A stretch of 64,000 nucleotides of DNA. It comes from Callorhinchus milii (Eukaryota). Below the pieces are notes generated by a model, which saw nothing but the letters and a program-made list of their open reading frames with translations, was not told where the DNA came from and did no database searches. The position numbers were made by a program, and so were the translations under genes. Position 1 is the stretch's first letter; each line of letters starts with the position of its first letter. Where the stretch lies: the NCBI RefSeq assembly GCF_018977255.1, contig NW_024704743.1, forward strand, positions 40,054,001 through 40,118,000, in the 5' to 3' direction. Shown here piece by piece: positions 27,170 to 40,339 of this stretch.

Positions 27170-29430
27170 ATCATAGAATCATACAGCATGGAAGAAGACC
27201 ATTCGGCCCATTGTGTCTATGCCGGCTTTTTGAAAAGTGCTATCCAAATAAATCCCACTCCCCCACTCTCTTCCCATAGACCTGCAAACTTCCCAAATAA
27301 TTATCTACTTCTCTCTTAAAAGTTGTTATCGAATCTGCTTCCATCACACTTTCAGGCAATGTATTACAGATCCGAACACCTCGCTATATAAAAAGATTTT
27401 TCCTCATCTCCCCTTTTGTTTCTTTGACGCGCGTGAAAACGACCTTCTACTCCAACATCATCCTGAAGGCAAAAAAAATCCCGAAGTTCTCTTTTCCAAC
27501 ACCCACTACCTCCTCCATGCGCCCCCTCAGGCCTCCTCAATCTTCACATCTAATGCCAAGTGCACGGAGGTCATGGACTTCTTTTCATCCAAAATACACA
27601 ACATCCACCAGGCAGCCTCATCCTCCTGCCTCTTGTCACCCACCACCACCCCCTCTCCATTCCCCTCACCCTCCCCATCATCAGCTCCTACCACAACCCC
27701 CATCCTACATTCCTTCCTCCCCATCTCTCCTTCCTCTCTCTCATCCATCATTGCTTCAATGAAATCCACCACCTGCTGCCTCGACTCCCTCCCCACCAAC
27801 TTGCTGGTCACCCAGCTCCCCCTCCTCTACCCACAACTGACAGATGTCATCAACCAGTCCCTTTCCTCTGGATCAGTCCCTGCCCCTCTCAAAACTGCTG
27901 TCATCACCCCCCTCCTCAAAAAACCTTCCCTAGATCCCTCAAACCCCAGCCACTACTGCCCTATTTCAAACTTGCCCTTCCTCACCAAAATCCTAGAATG
28001 CATTGTTGCCAATCACTCCCGCTTCGAACCCCTCCAATCCGGTTTCCGTTCTCCCACAGTACAGAGACTGCGCTTGTGAAAGTCTCAAATGACATCCTCT
28101 CTATGTATGACCAGGACTCCCTCTGCCTCCTCGTCTCCTGGACCTCTCTGCTGCTTTCGACACAGTCGATCACGCTATCCTCCTCCACTGCTTTTCCTCC
28201 GTCATCCACCTCAGTGGAACCGCACTCGCCTGGTTCGAGTCCTACCTCACGAACCGCCAGCAGTACATCTGCACCAATGGCTTTTCTTCCCGCTCTCACC
28301 CGGTTACCTGCGGGTTAACCCAAGGATCCATCCTTGGCCCCCTCCTCTTTCTCATCTATATGCTCCCTTTTGGGGATGTCATCCGCAGACATGGGGTACA
28401 CTTCCACATATATGCGGACGACACCCAACTCTATTTTGCCACCTCTCTTTGCGATCCCCAGTCCCCTGATGTCCTGTCAGCCTGCCTGTCAGGAGCTGGA
28501 TGAGCGCGAATTTCCTACAGCTAAATGTTGACAAAACAGAAGCCATACTCTTTGGCTCTCGTCAACATCTAAAATCACATGGTTCTCACCTCCTCCACCT
28601 ACCCGACCACCCCCTAAAACTCTCACAACCCGTATGCAACCTAGGCGTCAGGTTCGACCCCCAACTATCCTTCCTCCCCCACATCCGGTCCCTCACTAGC
28701 ACCGCTTTCTTCCACCTCCGACGCATCGCCCGTCTCCCCCAATACGTCATACCAAAAGCTGCTGAAACCCTGATCCATGCCTTTGTCACCTTTCGGCTGG
28801 ACTATTCAAACACCCTCCTCACCGGTCTCACCTCCACTACCATCCATAAAATCCAGGTCATCCAAAACTCTGCCGCCCGCATTCTTACCCGCACCAAACT
28901 CCGCTCCCTGATCACCCCAGTCCTTGCCAGACTGCACTGGCTCCCTGTCCCAGAGAGGATCAACTTCAGGATCCTCACTCTTGTCTTCAAATCCCTCCAC
29001 GCCTCTGCATCCCCCTACCTCTCTGACTTCCTCTCTCCTCACAACAGTGCCTGTTGCCTTTGCTCCACCAGGTCTGGCCTCCTCCTGGTCCCCCGAATCG
29101 TCCGCTCCACCATCGGCGGTTGTGCCTTCAGCCACTATGCCCCGAGGCTCTGGAACTCCCTTCCTCACTCCCTTCGCCTCACCCCTTGTCTTCCTATTTT
29201 CAGGTCTCGGCTGAAGACCTTTCTTTTCGACCGCTCCTTTGGTCACCTTCCTCCCCCTCCCCCTGGCTCGGTCCCGGGATAAGTTACTGTGAAGCCCTCT
29301 GACATGCCGTCCGTCTTGGAGGGCGCGATATAAATTGAAGTTGTTGTTGTTTCTTTTAACAACTATTTTAAATCGGTGTCCTCGGGTTACCAACCCACCC
29401 ACCAGTGGAAATAGTTTCTCTTTATATTGA
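27170..29430 (-). mobile_element. CR1 3' fragment split by an L2 insertion (pieces 27170-27425 and 29351-29430)
   Basis: Begins with the ATCATAGAATCATA tail and GACCATTCGGCCCA; the right piece encodes EKLFPLVGGLVTRGHRFKI, collinear with the left piece. Confidence 0.85.
27426..29350 (+). mobile_element. L2 LINE, 5'-truncated (~1.9 kb), decayed ORF2 with RT domain
   Basis: [72 protein letters not shown] (28411-28422), WMSANFLQLNVDKTE, LDYSN and LHWLPV; several frameshifts; 3' stem-loop and (GTT)n tail; TGTTTCTTT at both flanks. Confidence 0.96.
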
Positions 29431-29589
29431 CTTAGAAGCACAGAGAACATACATTTTAAAACTTACTACAAGGAACACAACCCACGAGCCCAAATGAACA
29501 AATTTGTTTCAAGGAACAAATAAAAAGCAAATGATCTCTTGTCACCTTGCAGGATGCAACGGAGCAACTATCAAAGCTGAGATGTTACG

Positions 29590-29980
29590 GAGATAATAAA
29601 AATTCTTGCATTTGGAATAGAACCTTTCACATCAGGATCTCTCAGCATTTGACAGCATTTTACTGTGAAGTAAAGTGACTGTGTATTTATAGGCAAATGT
29701 GGCATCCTACTTGCACACAGCAATTCCCACAAATAGATAGGAATTGAATGAGTAATTTTATTTGGGGGATTGTTGGCCATGATAAATTTTCATCTCTTTT
29801 CCTCTTTAACATCCACCTGGACAGATAGACTGGACTTTGGTTTAACTTTTCATTCGAAGCATGGCATTTCCGACAATGCGAGCAATGAAATGCCAACACA
29901 GACTTTGGGAGTTCAAGACCTGACGTGGGGCTTGAACCCACTACCTTCTCACTAAGAGGTAAGTGTGCTACCAGCTGAGA
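29590..29980 (-). mobile_element. DeuSINE-like SINE (family B), degraded
   Basis: Head (CTCAGCTGGTAGCACACTTACCTCTTAGTGAGAAGG), core and tail match family B. Confidence 0.75.
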
Positions 29981-32889
29981 CCGATGATGATAACATTTGC
30001 CATTGTATTCATAGCATAACCCATGAACAGTTTGAAATTTCAGAGAACAAGAAGAAAATTATGATTAAACCCAAAAATAATTATTTATACTGAATTTTGT
30101 TGACTATGAGCTTGAAGGAGTAACATTAAAACACTTAAGTTAAAATAACTAGTTTAATGCAAGTTTCTGATCAGTATAGCTATTAGTCCAGACTTGGACA
30201 TGACCCTGATTTAAGGATAATTTTGTAACCAGCCTCTGGTTGTAATGTTATGGTGTGCAGGACAAGATTACTGAAATTTCCCTGGGCTTTTTCTAATACA
30301 CTAATAAACATGCATTGTTCCTTGCAAACTCTAATTATGTCAGTGGGATTGTTTATCATTTAAAAGCTATTTGAATTTTACTGCCAAGGGTCACACCAAA
30401 GCCTCCTTGAAAAAAATATCAAGGAATAGTTTGTAAACCAAGAAGACCATGCTTTGATGCACAGGGCACACAAGCATAAATTGTTTGTTTTGAAAATTAC
30501 TATTTATTTGAAAAGCTGTGTGATAATTTTCTATATGTAGTGTCGATTTGTAAAGACACTTGAAGTGATACTCTGTATTTAACATCAATAATCTTAATAT
30601 ATTTTCAGCTTTACTTGAAAATTAATGCTCTATGCAGTGTTCATTCTTGGCGTAGAATACTCCCACGTGAAAATGCCATGTTTGGAATGAACATAGGAGG
30701 ATGCAATTTCTTTAAACCCAATAATGCCGCTGCACCCAGCTCTTAAACATTAGTCCCCATAAAGGTGAGGATGTAAACACAGAGATCATTTCTTTGTTGA
30801 TTGTGAATTTTTAAAATTATCCGAAATTTAATGTCACTTCAAAAGTGATGTTGTGGCCCTGAATGTTTATGGTGGCGTCATTTTAATTTGAAAATTGCTG
30901 AATAATCAGAAAGGTGGAAGAGAGCTGGGCTATTGCACGGTTCAGTTGAGTGAATCCAATGCAGCAGAAATTTTGTTCTTACCAACCTTCAAACATTTGC
31001 TTTTCAAGAAGGTGAATCTGGTTTATATACGTACGTAACCAATTGCTTTTACAGTGGAATACTGGTACTCACTGGAGACAGCAAGGAGAAGCCTTTCTGA
31101 GGTTGAGACTGAAACAAGAGCTTTATTCCATATCTAACCTTTTTCCCAGATTGGGAATGCTTGATGCTAAAATGGGGGTATGTTTGGAAAAATGTTCGAT
31201 TTCACAGAATTAACAAACTGCACCCTGATAAGCAAGGAAAAACAATTCACGAGAAAAAATTAATATGAACTTTTTTTCCCCTTCACTGCCTGCCTCACTG
31301 TTGTGACTGTGTCCTTATTTCACACACCATCTATTTCACAATAGCCATGCACAAGATTCATTGCCAAGCTAAAACTGCTCTTCAGCTCTCCCCCGTATAA
31401 CAGTGAACACAACTCTGGCAGACGACCGTTTTCCAATCACAGGTCAACACACACAGATTATTGAACTTATCACCAGCCAATAACTTTTCCTTTAGAATAG
31501 CAACAAGTGCAGCTAATGTACGATACCTTTCTTGCTTACCAACTTGAGAAAAGAAAGCTCCTCTCTCCACAGGGAACACTCTCTTATCTCAAAGATGCTT
31601 GCCTGCAAGCACATTTTTTTTCTCTGGATCAAAACATGTTTGGATAATGTTGAATGCAGAGAGGAAGAGGGATATTAATTGGTTGCATTCCCACTGACAT
31701 ATCGTAACCTGAGATATACACACTTTTTACACATAGCATGATGGATTGACTATAAATAGCAGTAAGTTAATTTCTCATAACACTGATGAGTTATTGATCT
31801 GTTTATCAATATTCTTTGCTTATGTTTTAGATTATTGGCTTCCAGTATCATTGAAAGCTGCAGTATCCTTCAGGATAATTGGCTCAAACTCTAAAAACAT
31901 TTCAAGATAAGGAGTTGATAAACCAACTTGAATCCATTAAAGCCATTTAGACATTGTCCTGATACTTAAAAGTTATATAGTTCTTTGGTGGTTAAAAAAA
32001 ATGTAATAATAATTCTTGCATTGGTACAGCACCTTATCCGTAATCAAGATGTCTCAAAATGCTTCACAGGATTTACTGTTAAATGGCGTGACTGTGCACT
32101 TTCTGTAAAATACTATTGAATTTTAACACTCTTTAAGACATCAATTCAGTTTCCATTATTTCAAACCTATTCCCCAAAAAGAATATTTTCATGCTTTACC
32201 ACAGATGTTGATAAATGGAAGTAAAATGGAAATACATGCGGTATCACACAATTTTGGTCAGAAAGTGCAGTCTTGATGGAAACAACAACCACCTCATTTC
32301 TCCAAGTCTGAGCCATTTGTTTTTGTCATATATTTTCAAGATTAAAATGTCTAGGAATAGACAGATCACTACCACTAGAAAGAAAGGTGTTTGTAGGTAC
32401 AATGAAAACAAAACATGAAGTCTGCAGGTCTCATTGATCTGCTTTAGATTGTGAGCAAAAAATAAATAAAACATATGAAAATATGGAATAAGAAATGTAG
32501 GTAGACTGGACATAAGAATAAAAGGTGTGAATACACGTTAAATTGGAAGGCTCCAGACAGATGATAAGAGATCGACCCTTATAACATTGTTCCCAAACAC
32601 GTCTGCATCTAATTTTTTTGACATTAATTAAATAATGTACTTCTTGAGGTTCATATGAATGAACTAAGTGACTTGAAAAGTAATGATTACAATGTTGAAT
32701 GACAAAAAGCACATTGTGGTGGTAGTATTGTAAAGAAAAATCTAACTTAACTGGAAGAAACATTGCCCCAGAGACAGTGATGTCTGGTAAGCTTGTGCAC
32801 CAGCACCTCTTTACATGCAATCTCCTCATTCACTAACAGCAGTTGGAAAACCATTGAACATAAATTAAATTTCTGTACAATATAATTTA

Positions 32890-33060
32890 CATCAAACCTT
32901 TCATGTCAGGAGAACATTTCAAATCGCTAAACACTTTTTTTGGCATTCAAGCCGAGGCTGGGAGCCAAGATGGGTGGGGAGGAGAAAGATAACTGAAAGC
33001 GTGGTCAAAAGTGTAATATCTTGATATGGATCTTGAACGACGTGAGGATGGTGCGGGTTG
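32890..33060 (-). mobile_element. L2 LINE 3' end fragment, degraded
   Basis: ATTTACATCAAACCTTTCATGTCAGGAGAACA stem-loop remnant and GCGTGGTCAAAAG. Confidence 0.55.
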
Positions 33061-35181
33061 AAAGGACTCCGGGATGGAGATCCAGAGAGCGGGGACAGAA
33101 TATCAGAATATCTGCCTACTGAGAACAACTATCACTCTCTTAAATAGTTAAGAAACAAATACAGGGTATGGTGATGCGTGTGTTACAGTTTAACTTTAGC
33201 GGATAGGGTAAGGGAAAATGAAACAGACTGGTGAGCGAGGGGTGAGACCGGTCGGTAGGGTGTAGAACCCCAAGAGCTGTTTGGGGTTTGTTAATCCTAC
33301 AATTTCATTTGTAAACCAGAAATCGCTAATAGCGTGGTGATTTCTAGTTTGTAAATTATTGCATTTTTCATCCCCAATGCCCTTTTCCAGTTTCATTGAA
33401 TGAGTTATCATCTTTCAGCTTCAATCTGTCCATCACATAATCCATTAACATCTATAGAGCATTGAAGAAGCACTATCGTAGAAGCCTGATATTCTCTGGT
33501 CAGGAGGAAACGAGTCACAGAAGCACACAAGGATCAGGAGACCACAATCTGCTCCGGAGTGGCAAAGAACCTCATCACCTGTCAATGGATTATCCACACA
33601 GCCTGCATGGAGATGCCTCAAACATTCAGTTTGGTTGGCAAATACAAAGATACATCAGCCACAAAAGACAGATGTCAGTCACAATAAATTATTGCACTAA
33701 CATATCGGTGCCTTGCAGAACAAGCCATGGCCATGGACAATACTCATGCTAGTGTCTAGTCCTGCAATACTTGCTGTTTGGTGAGATACTTTTCCTGCTA
33801 AATGCAACATTCATTTATATACCACCCTTCATGCAGAGTACCATCTCGAAGTGCTGAAATACTATTGGGCTGGGCAAATCTGGCAGAGCACATGTACTCT
33901 GATCATTCTGCTCAGTATTTGGTGTCTAACCAGCAGTCTTTCTCCTTGATTCTCTATGACGCAGTTATTCAAAGCCCTCAAATAGATATATGAAGATTTT
34001 TTTTAAACAGGTATCCACTTCATTCATGGCTAAAATTTACCCCCCACCCACCCCACCCCACCACGTACAACAACAAAATTACATTAATATAGTGCCTTTC
34101 AAGTCGGGAGGACGTCCCAAGGTGCTGCCCCACATACACAGTTTTCAGATTTCACCAAGGAATATTTCTGATGGGTGTGGTTTCCTGAAGTTTCGTAGTG
34201 ACTTGCTCTGACATCATAAAAATGTACCAAGATATATGCAACAATGCCTATATGTTACTAGTGCTCATGTATTCAGCACTCTTTATTTTTTACAATGCTT
34301 TTCATAGAAATGCAAGGCAATAGTAGACCTTTCTCTGATGTGCATTTTGATAGTCTGATGCAAACTATGGCAGAGCAAACTAGAGTCTTGTGTATGTATT
34401 GCCTTTTAGAAGATGATACAGTAACATTTTATTTACCTGCCAATGTTTTGTTGCTTTAGTAAAAGACATTTTAGTCCACTCGCTTGTACCTTCAGTTATT
34501 TAATTTCCTTTTCAAAGCCAGCCTTTTAAGGCTTTCACTGGAGAATGGTTTCTATAGCTTCTTATTCTCTTTGGTGGAATTAAAACCAGTTGTGGAATAT
34601 TCCTTCAGATTTAGTGCTATTTTCTGATGGGGAGAACGGAGGTTCTGATAATTTTATATGGGGGTGGGCACCCTGTTTGGTGTTCCTATCATTGCAAAAT
34701 TGCAGTTATATCTTTCTGCTACATGTTGCACAATCATGCAATCCTGTAATGTGATACGCAGAAAGCTTACAAGCATAGAGAGAGCAGTGTTCAGCATATC
34801 TTCATCTATGTAAGTTAGTTGTTTTAATTACCACGACTGAGCAAAAGAGAGAAATTAATTCTCTTCACACGGGCTCATGATAAATTAATGCCTGGTTTGA
34901 GTGCAACACAAAGCAAACATGTCAGAGTATATCCATTATATTACGATTTTATAATTCCTTCCTGGCTAAAATTAATATGATCCATTCCATAAAAATTGCT
35001 GCTGTTAAAGCAATGACTGGAGTAAAACATTTCATCTGCTAACTTTTAGAACATTCCAGTCTAATAATATATAACTCTGTACTTTAAGGCCTGTCTGGAC
35101 ATTGTGTATTTGGTTTTAGGTGGGCATTAAAAATACCACTTGATGGGTTATCAATTTCAACATAGTTTGCATTTAAGCCAG

Positions 35182-35195
35182 CAGCTAGAGGGCAC
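35182..35195 (+). promoter_or_regulatory. Candidate CTCF motif
   Basis: CAGCTAGAGGGCAC matches CCRSYAGRKGGCRS at 13 of 14 positions and lies in a repeat-poor block; motif match only. Confidence 0.3.
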
Positions 35196-35819
35196 ATAAT
35201 CTTGCAGAGTAACTCCAAACAGCCTACAAAAATAATACAAAATAGAAGTGGAAATTGAGCGCCCCATTAAATGTCAAAAGGCACATCAATAGTTATATTC
35301 TGCTAATTACCTATAGGATCAGTTGTTCTCACTGACATCTTGCCATGTTTTCTAAGAGCAGAAACATACACTACTATAGGAGTTTTGAAATTGAAATTAT
35401 TGATTATCTTCCAATTGAGGATCGATTTTTTTAAGAAGACTTTTTCATATTAAGTTTTTCTTATTTGGTGTATACTGCAGTCTCATTCATACCATTCTGT
35501 ACATGTGTACATACAGACACAAACACACACATAAATTCACACATGCTTTGTACTAACATCCCCTTGAAAATAAAAAGTACATCCTAATATATCGGGGGAA
35601 ATGCTCATGAATGATTAATCAGTCAAACCATCCAATAAATATTTAAGACAGGCACGTCTCAGTTAAATGGTTATGATATGACAGCAGATAATAATGCACA
35701 TGTAGTCGATAGATAGCCTTGATTTTAAAGATGAAAACATCCTTCTTTATATTAAATATGAGACATATGCTAATGTTAGGCTGTTGTAACTCAGAATCTT
35801 CCAATGGGAGCAGACTTAC

Positions 35820-35856
35820 CTTGTCCGGTTTCCCTAACAGTTAATAAGCCACTCAT
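35820..35856 (-). CDS. Candidate first coding exon (MSGLLTVRETGQ, phase 1) of an unidentified gene
   Basis: ACAAA-ATG (A at -3), 12 codons plus 1 nt, then a perfect AAG|GTAAGT donor; lies downstream of CCAAT and TATA-like motifs. I do not recognise the peptide and found no convincing downstream exon. Confidence 0.35.
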
Positions 35857-35976
35857 TTTGTAAGATTCAGTCGTTTTACTCTACCTGCTGATCAGCTGCT
35901 CCTAGTCCTTTGAGAGCCATGGGTCTGTGACTGTGTGATTTCAAATCTCTAATCTCAGATGAACAGTTTCTTCACG

Positions 35977-36134
35977 TCTTAAACTGCTCCCTGTGATTGG
36001 CTGGGCTTTTTGTCCAAGCCTTACCACCCTCTTTCATACTTTTCCCCTTTCCTGTGCTCTCAGGTACTTCAGGGCACAACAATGCATTTGTCGGAGAACA
36101 GAGTCCCATTTTCCGAGAAAGTTAATTAATAAAC
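35977..36134 (-). promoter_or_regulatory. Candidate Pol II promoter
   Basis: Minus-strand CAGCCAATCAC (NF-Y box, ~35993-36003) and TTTAAGA (TATA-like, 35977-35983); TTCCGAGAA (STAT/GAS type, 36111-36119) and GTTAATTAATAAAC (HNF1/homeodomain-like, 36121-36134). Confidence 0.35.
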
Positions 36135-36988
36135 GCCTTAAAGCCTAATTTGTATCCTGGCTGAAAAATGTTAGACGCTGAGCAGCATTGTAAACTCATC
36201 ATTCCTGTGCAGAGCCTTGCCAGTTAGATGGAGTCAGAGAGCACAGACAGAGAGATATGAGCCCTTCGGAAGAGAACTCATAATAAATCAACATGCTGTG
36301 TGGAAAGTCGTTGCATCTACTAAACATTTAACTTATAGCTCATTCATCAGCAGTTCACAGCCCGCTAACTGCATGGTTGTGCTCGGGAGATGTCCTTTAG
36401 TGTCCTGTTCCTGAGCGTCTCTCGGCATACAGAAATCATTTGTTGGATAGGATCAGGGCAAGAACACTGTGGAAAAAATATGTAAAGTATGCAGCAGCTT
36501 TGTTTCAACCCATGTCTTTCAAATTATAGAACTGGATATAATATATACTCTGTCACATAAGGAACACCAATACAGATTGGCTTCATGCAAAATTCATGGT
36601 GAAATCACTACCTTTTTCCACTTGCTGTCTCTTTCAGTTGGAATGAAAAGTACTGTGAGACAAAGTAACAGCTGTGATTTTGCCCCGCACTGTGGGTACC
36701 CCTAGCTAAGGTATAATTAATGGAGCAGTAACAGCAGCTGTATCACTCCTCTGATAGACAGTGTTAGATTTGTAATCACTAGGGATGTTCAATGAACCAG
36801 CTCAGACAAGTGATGTGGGCCTGATCATTTGCACATAAACTTCCACCTCAGCAAAATGTACATCATTGAGTAGCCCACCATTTACTGCCCAGTGAATGTT
36901 ACGAGCTGGTTCCCTGTGGTCTGTGCTCACCCCATCTCATGCAGCGTGCAAACTGAATGAAAGATCCTTGCCCAGCTTTATGGTCCGA

Positions 36989-37280
36989 TAACAACAACAA
37001 TCCTTGTATTTGATATAGCGCTTTTTCACGTCTTCTAGACGTCTCAAAGCGCTTCACAGAATAGACTGTGAAGTGAATTGACTGTATATTTTGTGGGCAA
37101 AACGCGACAGCCAATTGCACACAGCAGTGTCCCACAAACAGTCGTGGAATGAAGTGACCAATTATTGTTTTTTTTCTTGAAGGATTATTATCAGGTGTGC
37201 AGTAAGGAAACTTGCCCAAGGTTTCACCCTGCCAGGAATCGAACCCGGGTCTCTCACTTGCACAGTGAATGCTCTAACCT
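36989..37280 (-). mobile_element. tRNA-Ala-derived SINE (family A, short form)
   Basis: Head, shared internal deletion, Deu-like core and ACGTC-TAGAA-GACGT stem-loop. Confidence 0.92.
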
Positions 37281-37284
37281 CTGA

Positions 37285-37596
37285 GCTACAGGACTCCACA
37301 CTAATTTATTGCCGATCAGGACACCGCTGAGAAACACTCTTTCCTTTTTCGAATGTAATAGTATCTGTAACATCCACCCGATCAGTAGCCGGGATCTCGG
37401 TTTAACATCTCATCCGAAGGATGTCACCTCTGACAGGTGCACGGCTTCCCCCCAGAACAACAACAAGACCAAATTACATTTGTACATCGCCTTTCATATC
37501 TGAGATAGAGGGTCAGCCTAGACTGTGAGCTAACAGCAGAAAGGCAAAGCCGTAACTTTCAGCTTGGAGTCAAGAGAGTGCCTCCAACTGAGCCAA
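37285..37596 (-). mobile_element. DeuSINE-like SINE (family B) with an L2 tail micro-insert at ~37456-37505
   Basis: GGTTTAACATCTCATCCGAAGGATGTCACC core and AGAGTGCCTCCAACTGAGCCAA head end. Confidence 0.75.
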
Positions 37597-39077
37597 ATGA
37601 TAACCTAAAGCCTCGGAAATTTTCAGCGCATTAGGACATTTACCTAATTCCCTCTTCAAAGCTACTGTGGATTCTACCTCAACTAGTTCCAGACAGGGCA
37701 TTCCACATCCCAGCTACCATAGACACCCATCAATCCACTCAGCCATGCCATGACAGCAAGCCTCAGACACAATACATTGTCTCACAACTAGATCCCCGGC
37801 AAAGGATCCGAGAACTGCACCTCAAGCAAAATGGTTCCAGAATGGTTCACACACGCAAAGCGATCATTATCATATTGTTAAAATTGTTGGGAGGATTGAG
37901 GATTTCCGAGTCGATGACCAGTTGGGTGAACGTTCTTTGACTTGCTGGACATGATTGGGGCCAAAGTCGCTTGTGGTGCTCCCCGAATCAGCAGCCACTG
38001 ACATTTCAGTGCAGCTTCTTGGAATTAACAGCTTAACTCAACTGCAATAAGTTAATTCAAGTCAATGTTCAGTGTTGAACTTCAGAATAACAGGTTTAGT
38101 TTTCATCACACATGGCTTTGTATCCAAACACTTTCTTGAAGTCAGATGAGGGGTATGGAGTTCACCAGCTACTGACTAGGACATTGCCATGAAGGAAATT
38201 CCAATGAAGTGAAAGCTCACACCAATGCTAAATATCACAGAGGAATGTTGATTTTTTTTTTCATTTAACGATTACTACACAGACTAGAATGTCAGCAATT
38301 GCATAGAATCACAATCTCTGTGAGTGGTTTTACCCAACTGTCTGGCTCAGCTCGGACACCTGCACACACACACCATATTATTTCCACAGGATTGATACCT
38401 TCTATTAAAAAAAGTCTAGGTCAGAGGCTGATGCAATTACAAAGGTTGAATCGGTTGCCGGTTTTCCACTGATTTTTAATCAACAGAGTCCACAGATACT
38501 CACAGAGATGATAGATATTATAGTGTATCTTCAATACAAGTGCTTTAAAGAAAGAGACTGACCATTACAAATGGAGATGCTATTTCGCTTCTTTCTTCAC
38601 TGCTGGAGTTTGAAAGGTCTCGAGTCTCTCCCAGTTTCCAGAGCAGACTCCCCAAACATTCCTTGTTCCAGTCTCCTTTCTTCCTTCCTTATTTTTTCCT
38701 CTGCTCCCCTCTTTACAGAGCTCTCCCTTCTCAGATTCCAGCCCAACACTAAACAGAAGTGTGAAGGACACCAGACAAAAATTACAGGATATTGTGACTT
38801 GGTATTGATTGTTGGAGTGTAGTCTGGGCATGGAGACCATTCATTGGAGTTTCAGTTGGAGAAACTATCTTGTTTCTCTGGTCTTCCTTTGATGAAGCAG
38901 AAGATGTTTCATCTGTGAGGATAAGTGCTCTGGGACGCTACCCTGTGTGAGGGGCACAATTTAAATTCTAGTCGTTGTTATTGTAATACTTAGTCAGAGT
39001 TGTTAATTGGTGCTTGGTGGGTCATTGTAATTGGTGTTGCAATATCCCTTTGAAAACCTAAGAATGTCCATCGACAA

Positions 39078-39350
39078 TCATAGTAACATAGGAAGAGTGG
39101 TAGACCATTTGCTCCTCAAGCCTGTTCCGCCATTCTATAAGATCATGGCTGACCCTTACCTCAACTCCAATGCCTTTGTCCTATATCCCTGGATACCCTG
39201 ACCTAAACAAAAATCTATCCACCTCAGTCTAGAAAATTTGAATGGATCCAACATCCACAGCCTTTTGTGGGAGAGAGTTCCAGAATTTCATTACCCTTTG
39301 AATGAAAAAAAACTTCCTGATTTCACTCTTAAATAGCCCAGCTCTAATTT
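39078..39350 (-). mobile_element. CR1 LINE 3' end (distinct 3'UTR family)
   Basis: CATAGTAACATAGGAAGAG..GACCATT..CCTGTTCCGCCATTCTATAAGATCATGGCTGA tail and GGGAGAGAGTTCCAGA (WNSLP on the minus strand). Confidence 0.8.
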
Positions 39351-40339
39351 CAACATTACTTCACCATGTTAACTGGTTTATCAGCTCAGCAGGGAGTGGA
39401 GCGATTATAGCCCAGCGTCTGGTTCCCATTTCTACATTTATATTTGTAACACATAGTAACAGGTAAATGTTCTGTTGCATCTCTGCAGTATGAATATTTT
39501 GCCACAGATTATTTCATAATCAGTTCAATGTTTGCCTAAGGAGACATCAGCTTTGTAAACACACACAAGGTGGCACTCCATGATGATCAGGAGGGAAATG
39601 CTCAGTTTAGCCTCAACAGAAGAAGTTACTACCTGTCTCTGCAAACGCCACAGCTACATTTCATTCCTACATGTCTGAGTTACAACACTGCAGTATATTT
39701 ACACAGCTCCATTGGACTTCTACTGAAAAACTGCATTGTTAAAGCAACATCACTGCGTTCATGGAAAAAGTCAGTGCCAAACCTAGTCTTTTGAACAAGA
39801 AGCCTGAAGAAATAATTGATGTAAAGCACATCATTGCATTACTTGCACTTGATGTCATTAATGGCATGACAGGTGCCACACCTGTGTTTTTTTTTGCGAA
39901 TCATGTTTTTTGCAGAAAGTCTGTGCCCTTGAAAGGCATAACAATGATAGTTGCATGTTTGCAAGTAATTGGTGAAAGCCAGTCATTGATGCAGGCAATT
40001 ACACTGACCCTAATAATAATACTGAACTTGCATTTGACATTGGTAGTAAACATACAGGAGGTAAATCTCCCCTCTAAAATCATCTCAATCTATATCCTTT
40101 ATTCATGACTGTTGAAATAGATGAACAGAGTTCCATTGAATACATTTGGGAACAAGGGTGTCTTACTTGATTTTTAGAAGAAAGCCCCAAAAATTCCTGG
40201 GAGTGACAACAGATAAACACATATGGGTCTGACGTGTGATTTAAAATTTAATTTCCATTTCATTAACAGTGCCTTTGGACATTCTTCTGATGTGAAACGA
40301 GATTTATAAATGTAAATTTGTATTGTATATCACTACTAG

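Noticed and set aside
28500..29282. Active L2 or intact 260-aa gene
   Set aside because: Only the post-RT part is open. The upstream RT region is frameshifted and partly deleted, and the endonuclease and 5' end are absent.
31540..31602. 63-nt minus-strand exon downstream of the 35820 donor
   Set aside because: It has a poor polypyrimidine tract and gives an in-frame TGA after four codons when joined in phase 1.
39761..40108. 115-aa ORF in unique sequence (likewise 26199-26453 and 62782-63207)
   Set aside because: There is no recognisable domain or splice context, and the length is compatible with chance.
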